DNA of 64,000 nucleotides, taken from NCBI GenBank assembly GCA_030647555.1, contig JAUSJG010000024.1, positions 3,878-67,877 on the forward strand, read 5' to 3'. The notes beneath the pieces were generated by a model. It made no database searches. It was given only the letters and a program-made list of their open reading frames with translations, and was not told where the DNA came from. Numbering within the stretch: position 1 is the first letter of the stretch; the number at the start of each line of letters is the position of its first letter. Positions 38,860 through 47,139 of the stretch are shown here, piece by piece. Made by a program: the position numbers and the translations under genes. The DNA is from a bacterium (GTDB lineage Bacteria; Patescibacteriota; Andersenbacteria; UBA10190; CAIZMI01).

Positions 38860-38993
38860 TCCAAAATTTTCAATGATCAATTCCCAATTTTCAATTAATT
38901 ATCAATGACTCAATTATCAATTACGACGTCGTTGTTTGATAATTTAAGAATTGATCATTAATTGATAATTGGTCATTGAAAATTGATAATTTT
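38860..38993. repeat. AT-rich palindromic element with TCAAT/ATTGA units
   Basis: CAATTTTCAAT units mirrored by ATTGAAAATTG units. Confidence 0.75.
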
Positions 38994-39695
38994 TCAGTCT
39001 ATCACCAATTTATGTCCATGTTCCCTTAGCCACTGTCTCTGTTTCCTGAAACTCGGTTCCATCTTTTCCACAAATTTCCAAAATCTTTTTGAGTGGTTGT
39101 GATGTTCCAAATGCGCCAACTCGTGCACAACCACATATGCCACCACTTCTTCCGGTGCCATTATCAACCGCCAAGAAAAACTCAAGTGGCCACGATTGGT
39201 ACAAGACCCCCAACGCGTTCTTGCACCACTAAACCGAAGTTTTTTAAACGTTAGAGTATTATCTTCCGCGAATCGATTCACTATCGGTGTAATCACCGCT
39301 TTCGCTCTTTCGATATACCAGCGTGTAAAAATAGCCGGCGCACGGTGCCTTTGCAAAGCGGAAAGCTCAAAATAATCCGTTAAAACAAGGGGCGGTCTTT
39401 TTCTTGTTACCAACAGCAGGCCATAATTCTTACCCAGATATAAAAAATTCTCACCGGCCAAAAATTGTCGCTTCGGTTTTTCCGCGACGCGCTTTTTAAT
39501 AATTGCTTGTTTCTTCTTGATCCATCCCTTTTTCTCACTAACGAATTTAGCGATTTTTCGTTCCGAAAAAAGATAAGGCGCACGAATAACCACCTTGCCC
39601 TCTCTTGTAATCTCCAAAGACATCGTCCGCCGATGCGAGCGAATCACCTTGATACCCAAAAGCGCTACTGCCGGTTCTTTTTTCCCGAATAACAT
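38994..39695 (-). CDS. YgjP/DUF45 zinc metallohydrolase
   Basis: RWGSC, WRLIMAP, HELAH and HSKRFW motifs. Confidence 0.92.
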   Translation of the reverse strand: MLFGKKEPAVALLGIKVIRSHRRTMSLEITREGKVVIRAPYLFSERKIAKFVSEKKGWIKKKQAIIKKRVAEKPKRQFLAGENFLYLGKNYGLLLVTRKRPPLVLTDYFELSALQRHRAPAIFTRWYIERAKAVITPIVNRFAEDNTLTFKKLRFSGARTRWGSCTNRGHLSFSWRLIMAPEEVVAYVVVHELAHLEHHNHSKRFWKFVEKMEPSFRKQRQWLREHGHKLVID

Positions 39696-39719
39696 AAAAA
39701 CCAGTATAGCGCATTACGC

Positions 39720-39754
39720 ATTAAGGTCCGACCTCTTAGAGGTCGGACCTTAAT
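39720..39754. repeat. REP-like palindrome AGGTCCGACCT family, copy 2
   Basis: ATTAAGGTCCGACCTC-TTA-GAGGTCGGACCTTAAT. Confidence 0.85.
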
Positions 39755-39778
39755 CGGTCAACAGAAACAGAAACTGTA

Positions 39779-40210
39779 TCAATTGCCATTTTTGATAAAT
39801 TTCAAATACTCCTCAAAGACCTTAATTTCATCATCAATTAAAGCGTAATTTTTATAATCCTCCGGACTAATCCACTGAAAATCATCGTGGTCCGAACTTA
39901 ATTTGACATCGTTATTTTCCGCAAAACACTCAAAAAATATCGCCGTGATTTGCCAATTTTCGCCACGCACAACAGGGCGCCATTCACTCACAAAAAATGG
40001 CCTGCCGATTGTGATCTTTAATCCCGCTTCCTCCATCACTTCTCGCCTTAAACAATCGTCAAAACGTTCGCCCGGATTTATCCGCCCTCCCGGTACACCA
40101 TATTTTTTTACATTTATTCCGTCTTTGTACTCACCGGATTCGCGCACAATCAAGATTTTTCCTTCGTGCACAATAAATCCTTTTGTGGCGGTAAACTGCT
40201 TTATTTCCAT
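39779..40210 (-). CDS. NUDIX hydrolase
   Basis: GGRINPGERFDDCLRREVMEEAG Nudix box. Confidence 0.92.
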   Translation of the reverse strand: MEIKQFTATKGFIVHEGKILIVRESGEYKDGINVKKYGVPGGRINPGERFDDCLRREVMEEAGLKITIGRPFFVSEWRPVVRGENWQITAIFFECFAENNDVKLSSDHDDFQWISPEDYKNYALIDDEIKVFEEYLKFIKNGN

Positions 40211-40250
40211 GTTTTTATATTAGCACCATAAACAAACAAGGAAAATAAAC

Positions 40251-40391
40251 AATCACCCCACTTCGCTCACCCTCCGCATAAAGCTACGGAGTGGCGCAGT
40301 AAAGCTTCGTGGGGTTATTTTATTATAGATAATCCTTTGTAAAGGATTATCTATAATAAAATAAAAAACGGGGAGCCTCAAGGGCTCCCCT
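40251..40391. repeat. Cluster: nested AAAGCT element, 24-bp-arm perfect palindrome, minus-strand terminator
   Basis: Nested element 40256-40314; arms 40315-40338/40341-40364; GGGAGCC hairpin with A run at about 40363-40391. Confidence 0.85.
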
Positions 40392-40675
40392 GTCATATCT
40401 GCGCCTCCTAATGGAAGTTTGTTGTAACAAGAACGCAGTTACGACACCGGTTACTGCCTTTTTTGCAGAAAAATCCGCATAGGGCTGCAACTTCCGGATA
40501 TTGCGGAAGACAACAGCAAACCCAGAGCTAACCAGCGCCGTAAGATAAAGTGACCACCCCCTTTCTACTCAAGAACAAACTCCAGAAAATGCAACAGAAA
40601 ATGCGAGATCTTCATGATGTTCTCCTTTCGTTGAGTAGGGGCTTTGAGGTGAAAAAGTACGAACGCAATTACATT

Positions 40676-40783
40676 ATAATCGGGGACCGTCCCTGTCGTC
40701 CACACTTCGCTCACCCTCCGCATAAAGCTACGGCGTGACGCAGTAAAGCTACGAGGGGCAGGACAGGGTCGGTCACCGATTAT
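40676..40783. repeat. Three-level nested palindromic element
   Basis: Outer IR 40676-40697/40762-40783, middle AAAGCT element, inner 32-nt element 40712-40743. Confidence 0.85.
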
Positions 40784-41542
40784 TCAAATTTCCAACACCG
40801 CCACTAACGGCACGTGATCCGTCACGTCTTCATTTGTCGAATAATGTTCCAACACTTTGATATTCGGACTGACGTAAATCATATCCACCACCGCACCGGC
40901 AAATCCGGAACCAGCCGGCTTATGACGCATATTAAATGATGTTTTTATTTCACCCTTAAAAATATTTTTTAAATCCTTCTCAAAATTAGCCATCGATTTG
41001 GTATTTTCTTGCGTATTAAAATCTCCACAAAGAATCGTATTTTCCTTGCCCTTATATGCCTCACGAATCGTATCGCTCATTTTTAATCGCCGTTCATTAT
41101 CATCACCGTCGAAACCCCAAATACCTTGCGTGTTAAAAACATTTAACTTTTGTTCTCCCGTATCAATTTCGACATGTTCCAAATTGCGCGGAGAAAACGA
41201 AAAATCGTTCATCTCCGCATAGTTATCGTCATATGGGACATCAAAAAAAATAGCTTCACCTTTTACAATAGGATACTTGGACAAAATAGCATTCCCAAAT
41301 TCCGCCTTCGGCATATCAGGACGCGTTCCCACAAACGCCGGCGCATTGTGACAATATGGAAAATTAAAAATCTTCCGCAACTCTTCCAGTGTTCGATAAT
41401 TGGGCGGTAATTTCTGGTCATCACTTTTCATCACTTCCTGCAATGCCAAGATATCGGGATTCTCTTTGCGGATAAACGCCACCACGTTATCCCATAACTT
41501 TCCACCGTACCAAAGATTGAGACAGACAAGTTTTAGTTGCAT
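40784..41542 (-). CDS. Endonuclease/exonuclease/phosphatase family protein
   Basis: LNL, LQEV, GNAILSKYP, CGDFN and TDHVPL motifs. Confidence 0.92.
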   Translation of the reverse strand: MQLKLVCLNLWYGGKLWDNVVAFIRKENPDILALQEVMKSDDQKLPPNYRTLEELRKIFNFPYCHNAPAFVGTRPDMPKAEFGNAILSKYPIVKGEAIFFDVPYDDNYAEMNDFSFSPRNLEHVEIDTGEQKLNVFNTQGIWGFDGDDNERRLKMSDTIREAYKGKENTILCGDFNTQENTKSMANFEKDLKNIFKGEIKTSFNMRHKPAGSGFAGAVVDMIYVSPNIKVLEHYSTNEDVTDHVPLVAVLEI

Positions 41543-41551
41543 TGAAATACT

Positions 41552-42358
41552 TTAAGGGTAATCCTTAAAGCCCACTTTCCTTGCTAATATTCCCATAAAA
41601 AGCGGAATTTCTTTCCGACTTTTATTTTCCCTTGATGCCACGCCACCCTCGCTTTTTTTATCCGAAACCCATTCCTCTATTTTCTCAATCACAAACCCGG
41701 CTTCCGCCAAATAACCGCTCAATTCGGAAAGTGAAAAATGCATTGACATAGTTACGGGCGATTTCTCTCCCTGACTGGGATGCGCCGCCACCGGAATTTT
41801 CATCGCGGTCATATAACTGCTCACGCGTCGGTATTGCACGTTTTGTTTTTCGTCGATACCCCAAGCGGATTGGCGCGGAATCCGAAAACAGGGGTGGTTG
41901 ATTACCAACACCAACCGACCGTTTTCTTTAAGATGTTTCATTGCGTTTTCAATCACCACCTGCGGTTTATCCGTGTTTTGCAAAGCCAAAAGGCAAACTG
42001 CCACATCAAAATCCTTTTTGTCCAAAGATAATTCCTTGGCAATATCGGCAACCTTGTATGAATGGTTTTTGGCGGGATCATTTTTCTGTGCAAAGCTAAC
42101 CAGACTACTCGCTAAATCAACACCCAAATAATCAACTTTAGCGTCAATGAATCGTCCAAAAACACCCTGCCCGCAACCCAAATCCAAAACGGAACTATAA
42201 GGCTGAACACTCAAGAGCCGTGTAACACCGGGCAAAACAACGTGCTGGTGATAGTAGGAACCGCGTTCGCCAACAACATCTTTATACCATCCCGCCACTC
42301 CTTGCCAAGAGGTGTCTTTTGTGTAATTATTTTTTCTTCCTTGATTCGGCATTATCAA
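41552..42358 (-). CDS. Class I SAM-dependent methyltransferase
   Basis: VLDLGCGQG, GVD and NHPCFRIPRQS motifs. Confidence 0.9.
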   Translation of the reverse strand: MIMPNQGRKNNYTKDTSWQGVAGWYKDVVGERGSYYHQHVVLPGVTRLLSVQPYSSVLDLGCGQGVFGRFIDAKVDYLGVDLASSLVSFAQKNDPAKNHSYKVADIAKELSLDKKDFDVAVCLLALQNTDKPQVVIENAMKHLKENGRLVLVINHPCFRIPRQSAWGIDEKQNVQYRRVSSYMTAMKIPVAAHPSQGEKSPVTMSMHFSLSELSGYLAEAGFVIEKIEEWVSDKKSEGGVASRENKSRKEIPLFMGILARKVGFKDYP

Positions 42359-42464
42359 CTAACATATCACAGAATTAAGAATTTTTGTCAGATATCTTCC
42401 GTAAATTTACTGAACGTTTCATTAATATGACAACCTAGTCATGTTAATGAAACGAAAAATACAT

Positions 42465-43823
42465 TTATTTTTTTAATGCTCCTTGATTTTGCAACCACTT
42501 GGCCAAATATCCCTCCGCGGCCAATTCTGCCACCCATTCTTCCCTGCCGGGATATTTATCTTCGTTTTTGTATAAATACGTTCGACCGTCTTTTGATCTA
42601 AGTTGCATTGTCTTTACCGCATTTGCGTGGAGATTCGCCCAATAGTCCCCCTTTTTTGTCGCCGAGTAGTCAAAGCCAAACACATCTGCCTCGATATCCA
42701 ATGTGGCAAAATTCATTCTTCTCGCCGTACCCAAAACCGTGCCACGCGGATAATTTATTTTTGATTGTCCGTTAACATAAATATTTGAATTAAAAAATTT
42801 ACCATCAGATAAGGCTTTATAAATAATATCCGCGTTATAAGTTGCAGTTTTGGGAACAGGCAATCCGGCCAAAGCATATGTCATCGCCGCTTGAATATTT
42901 AATGAAACAGTCGTCATATAGTCGGGGTGCAATCGACCCCGATTAATCAACGTTCCATCATTAATAAGATTAGATCCTTTCAACCACTGCGACAACGTTT
43001 TCCCATCTACAATTTCTCGACTTGTTATATCCAATGGACGCGCAAACGAAGAAATCATCAGTTGCAACATCTTTATCCGCCAAATTTGATTGTTTGGATG
43101 GTTAGGCATCATCGCCGTCGCCAGTTGCAAAATAGTACTATTCCAAGCATTTTCTTCCGCCTTGGTATCGCCAGGATAATTAATTTTCCCGTTTGGATCG
43201 CGGTAGTAAGGGGGCGGATACGTATTAAATCTGTTCGCTTCATAAATCACCATATTCTGAATATATTTTCTTTCTTGAAGCGACAAATCGTCCCATATCA
43301 ACCACCCGGCCTGACCGGCTCGACTCGCCCACAACGCACTCTGCCAGGCGTTACCCCAACCATCCTTTGTTGTGACCTTATGATGAAACGCCAAAGAAAC
43401 GACCATTTTTTTAAGCCTTTGTTCAGCGGTGGATTTTTCTACTCCGGTAATTTTGCTGTCATAAGCCTTAGTTTTTAACGAAACCGCTAAAGCAAAAGCT
43501 TCATCGGCAACAGGACGAATGTTATTTTCCTCATTACCAAAAAAATTGAGGTACGCCTCTTTTTGTGTCGCGTAGCCTCGCTTCTGCCACCACGTAGTAA
43601 GAGCATATTTGTTAGCATTATTGAGAATATCCCGAAACAATGATCCTTGTTGATCTTGCGGACGCTGATTACTAAACCTATCCCAATTAATGGGAACCAC
43701 CGCGGTGCTCGATGCCAGTGCGACTAATGGTAATTGGCCGAACAAAACAATCAACGCTAAGATGACCGCAAGATGTCTACCTGCTCGACAAAATATTCTA
43801 CACAGCTTTCCTTCAAACAACAT
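42465..43823 (-). CDS. Secreted, probably alpha-helical protein of unknown function
   Basis: 452-aa ORF, signal-like N-terminus, Trp/Tyr-rich; WQSALW, DTKAEENAW and HPDY motifs. Confidence 0.7.
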   Translation of the reverse strand: MLFEGKLCRIFCRAGRHLAVILALIVLFGQLPLVALASSTAVVPINWDRFSNQRPQDQQGSLFRDILNNANKYALTTWWQKRGYATQKEAYLNFFGNEENNIRPVADEAFALAVSLKTKAYDSKITGVEKSTAEQRLKKMVVSLAFHHKVTTKDGWGNAWQSALWASRAGQAGWLIWDDLSLQERKYIQNMVIYEANRFNTYPPPYYRDPNGKINYPGDTKAEENAWNSTILQLATAMMPNHPNNQIWRIKMLQLMISSFARPLDITSREIVDGKTLSQWLKGSNLINDGTLINRGRLHPDYMTTVSLNIQAAMTYALAGLPVPKTATYNADIIYKALSDGKFFNSNIYVNGQSKINYPRGTVLGTARRMNFATLDIEADVFGFDYSATKKGDYWANLHANAVKTMQLRSKDGRTYLYKNEDKYPGREEWVAELAAEGYLAKWLQNQGALKK

Positions 43824-45011
43824 GTTGGCAATTATAAACTAATCTTGATTATTTTTCTTGTTTTCGGATTGATATCACCTTTTTGCGCGGACGCGATAAC
43901 TCCGAACATTCTGACAAAAAATGAAATCATAAAAACATTCGAAACAATAAAGAAACAAGTAGCCGGTTCACTCAAAGTTATTCCCCGCAATCGTTTTCCG
44001 ATACAAACTGACACTAACGGAAAATGGCAAACTACTACCGCCAGCGGTTGGACCAGTGGCTTTTACCCGGGAATTTTGTGGTTACTTTATGAACAATCGG
44101 GAAATAAATTATACGCAAAAGAAGCCCGCCTTCGCGAAACTTTTATAACATCACAACAATTCAATACCGTCACACACGATGTGGGTTTTATGATTTTTAA
44201 TAGTTTTGGTAATGCCTATCGCATATCAAAAAATAGTAGTGACAAAAAAATTGTCCTGCGAACCGCCCAATCTCTTGCCACAAGATACAACCCAAAAGTG
44301 GGACTGATAAAATCCTGGGATGGTGATCAAAAATCCTACCAAGTAATTATCGACAACCTTATGAACCTGGAATTACTTTTTTGGGCGTCTAAAAATGGTG
44401 GCGATCCAAAACTAATGGAAATAGCGAAAACTCACGCTAAAAATACCGCACGGGATTTTGTCAGAAAAGATGGAAGCACCTTTCACCTGGTAAACTACAA
44501 TCCCGCCAACGCCAAGATTCTTAGTCGCACCACAGCTCAAGGTTACGCCCCAACTTCAACATGGGCACGGGGTCAAGCTTGGGCAATTTATGGGTTTACG
44601 ATCGCTTACCGTGAAACAGGCGATAAATATTTTTTGACCACCGCTAGAAAAACGGCGGATTTTTACATAAATAACTTACCGGCAGATTTTGTCCCCTACT
44701 GGGATTTTAGCGTTCCAAACAAAATGAAAGAACCGCGCGATAGTTCGGCGGCCGCGATCGCCACATCCGGACTATTAGAATTGGCCAAGCTGGAGATCAA
44801 TCCGGTGAGGAGTGTCGCTTATCGTAACACCGCCGGCAGTACGCTTGCTTCACTATCTTCCAATAACTACCTCAACCAAAACATAAAACAAGATGGTATT
44901 TTGTTACACGGAACATACAATAAAAAAGACGGCAATTTCGACCGTGGGACTGTTTGGGGCGACTACTACTTTATTGAAGCGCTGTTGAAATACCGAGCAT
45001 TGACCAAATAA
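43773..45011 (+). CDS. GH88 unsaturated glucuronyl hydrolase
   Basis: WTSGF, THDVGF, IIDNLMNL, WARGQAW, DSSAAAI and WGDYYFIEAL motifs. Confidence 0.92.
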   Translation: MSTCSTKYSTQLSFKQHVGNYKLILIIFLVFGLISPFCADAITPNILTKNEIIKTFETIKKQVAGSLKVIPRNRFPIQTDTNGKWQTTTASGWTSGFYPGILWLLYEQSGNKLYAKEARLRETFITSQQFNTVTHDVGFMIFNSFGNAYRISKNSSDKKIVLRTAQSLATRYNPKVGLIKSWDGDQKSYQVIIDNLMNLELLFWASKNGGDPKLMEIAKTHAKNTARDFVRKDGSTFHLVNYNPANAKILSRTTAQGYAPTSTWARGQAWAIYGFTIAYRETGDKYFLTTARKTADFYINNLPADFVPYWDFSVPNKMKEPRDSSAAAIATSGLLELAKLEINPVRSVAYRNTAGSTLASLSSNNYLNQNIKQDGILLHGTYNKKDGNFDRGTVWGDYYFIEALLKYRALTK

Positions 45012-45092
45012 TCGGCTTATAGTAGAGTATAAGTCTCGTTAAGGGTGTTTTTGTGCTGTTGAGTTGTTCTTTTTCAAATCGGAGAGTATGCG

Positions 45093-45359
45093 ATGCTTTG
45101 GAAAACTGGAAAAATAGTTTTTGCCTCTCTTAGTATTTTGACAGTAATTACTGCACTTACCGCGTCTTTCTGTGTCCTTAAACCGGCTTCGTTTCTGGGG
45201 TACGGGACATGCGTGGCCTGCGGATCTGTTTTAGCCGTCCCCTTTCTTTGCTTATTCGCCAACGGTTTTCTTTACTGCAAAAAAAGGCTCGAGAAACCAA
45301 TGGCGTCTTTGAAAATTCGCCGCAACAAACGAGACGACATCTCTCTCGATGCTATCTAG
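45093..45359 (+). CDS. Small two-TM membrane protein
   Basis: GGAG SD, two hydrophobic stretches, followed by a terminator. Confidence 0.5.
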   Translation: MLWKTGKIVFASLSILTVITALTASFCVLKPASFLGYGTCVACGSVLAVPFLCLFANGFLYCKKRLEKPMASLKIRRNKRDDISLDAI

Positions 45360-45362
45360 TTA

Positions 45363-45469
45363 ACCCGCCCGCCCGTCACCCGCGGGTTTTTTATATTATA
45401 TTAGGGAGTATCCCGCGAAGGGATACTCCCTAATATAATATATCCCCCAAAGCTTTAGCGACGGGGGAT
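45363..45469. repeat. Cluster: terminator, 23-bp-arm perfect palindrome, AAAGCT element
   Basis: CCCGC...GCGGGTTTTT; palindrome 45392-45442; ATCCCCCAAAGCTTTAGCGACGGGGGAT at 45442-45469. Confidence 0.85.
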
Positions 45470-45477
45470 GTTTCTCT

Positions 45478-45669
45478 TTACTGCCCAACCAGCATCTCCT
45501 CGATCTTCTCGGAGATTTTGTTCTGCGCTTTATCATCAAGAGCGTTCATTTGATCACCGTGATCACCCAAGAAATGATCAATCATCAACTGACGAATCCC
45601 GTCGGCAGTTTCGTCTTTGGCCGAAAACGGACACTCCCACCCGCTGACATCTTTGCAATTTATTTCCAT
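45478..45669 (-). CDS. DUF1059-like small Cys/His protein
   Basis: C.DVSGWECPF.A......I....DH...DH pattern. Confidence 0.75.
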   Translation of the reverse strand: MEINCKDVSGWECPFSAKDETADGIRQLMIDHFLGDHGDQMNALDDKAQNKISEKIEEMLVGQ

Positions 45670-45830
45670 AATGGTTGTTTATTAACAATTTAACCACTTT
45701 TATATTAGCGCAAGTTTCAAAATGTTTAAAGAATCAAATATCCCACTTCGCTCCGCGTTGCGGAGCTTCGCGGGATTGTTTTCTTTTGTAAAAGAAAACA
45801 AAAAAAACCGCCCTTGAGGAGCGGCTGGAT

Positions 45831-46331
45831 TCACGAACGACACTTCGTGAAAATGTGTTGAATGGTATTCGTTGGTATTACCCATACTAGTTGCATAGGC
45901 TGAACCGACATTGAATGGTAATTCAACTCATGCACATCAAGTTGCCATTTCAAGGAAAGCGTCTGAAAATGCGCCAGCTTTGTGATATTGTCTGCTCCTT
46001 GTTCCAGAAGATCCCCTTTCTCCAGGTGCGGGATTGACAGACCCCAATTACACTCACTGACACGCTCTTCAATTGTCCGACGCGCCGCCTCGATTGTGTC
46101 GGCACAAAATTCTTCAAACGCGATATCCGCCGTTGCAACTTGTGTCTGCAAATTACGCGGAATGTTCTCACGACCCAGCCGGTTGGCAAATTCAATCCGT
46201 TCATTTCCTGAAAAACCGGAAAGAATCAACTGCGGTCTGTCGCTCCACAATTCACCCACTGAAAGAACCACGCCTTGCGGCCTAATCCCAAACAACGGCT
46301 GCAGGTATTGTTGCAATCGATCAACGTTCAT
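45831..46331 (-). CDS. Hypothetical protein; probable start 46331
   Basis: GGAGG SD, 166-aa ORF followed by a terminator hairpin. Confidence 0.55.
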   Translation of the reverse strand: MNVDRLQQYLQPLFGIRPQGVVLSVGELWSDRPQLILSGFSGNERIEFANRLGRENIPRNLQTQVATADIAFEEFCADTIEAARRTIEERVSECNWGLSIPHLEKGDLLEQGADNITKLAHFQTLSLKWQLDVHELNYHSMSVQPMQLVWVIPTNTIQHIFTKCRS

Positions 46332-46529
46332 TGTTCTACCTCCAAAAAGAAAAGGACATTTCGACGCCAAAATACATTAACATTAAATATATAAAAGTCA
46401 AGCCCGGAAACACAAAATCGTCTCATCATTCATAAATCATTATTCATCATTCAAACTATAAAAATTACCGCACTATCAATGACAGCTGAATTTGATATAA
46501 TCACTATATTATTTATAAACAACACTCTC

Positions 46530-46913
46530 ATGGGCTTCGTAACCAACATCGAAAAAGAGACTTTGGAAAACGAGAATTTCCGTAAAGTTTTATTTACCGC
46601 AAAACACAGCCAATTGGTCGTGATGCATCTGCAACCAGGCGAAGAAATCGGCGAAGAAACGCACACCCTCGACCAATTTATTCGCGTCGAAATGGGAAAT
46701 GGTAAAACAATTATGGACGGCACAGAAACCAATATTATGGATGGTAGCGCATTTGTGATTCCGGCCGGCACAAAACACAACGTAATCAATACATCGCAAA
46801 CCGAACCGATGAAAGTTTACACAATTTATTCCCCACCGGAACACCGCGACGGCACAATTCATAAAACAAAAGCGGACGCAGTGGCCGACGAAGGCGACCA
46901 CTATAACGGGTAA
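46530..46913 (+). CDS. Cupin-domain protein; probable start 46530
   Basis: NENFRKVLFT, GEETH..DQF, IPAGTKHNV and YSPPEH motifs. Confidence 0.9.
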   Translation: MGFVTNIEKETLENENFRKVLFTAKHSQLVVMHLQPGEEIGEETHTLDQFIRVEMGNGKTIMDGTETNIMDGSAFVIPAGTKHNVINTSQTEPMKVYTIYSPPEHRDGTIHKTKADAVADEGDHYNG

Positions 46914-46936
46914 GTTTTAGAAAAGAAAAAATTAAT

Positions 46937-47035
46937 TTAAACAATCAACAGCCCAACCACTCCCGCCAACAAAACATAAATCACGCAATACGGAAATACA
47001 ATTTTTATTACTTGATGCTCTCTGTTTTTCAAACG
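46937..47035 (-). pseudogene. Probable 3' remnant of a membrane transporter (L-lactate permease-like C-terminus)
   Basis: LKNREHQVIKIVFPYCVIYVLLAGVVGLLIV-stop with no plausible start; upstream sequence is the nadE terminator region. Confidence 0.4.
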
Positions 47036-47083
47036 CCCTGTTGGGCGGGCTATGGGGGATTGTTTTCTTTTACGAAAGAAAAC

Positions 47084-47111
47084 AAAAAAAGAGTACGAAC
47101 GAATTCGTACT
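47084..47111 (-). terminator. Intrinsic terminator after nadE
   Basis: Minus strand GAGTACGAA-TTCG-TTCGTACTC-TTTTTTT. Confidence 0.85.
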
Positions 47112-47139
47112 CCTGCCAAAGAACAACCTTGGTTCACTC

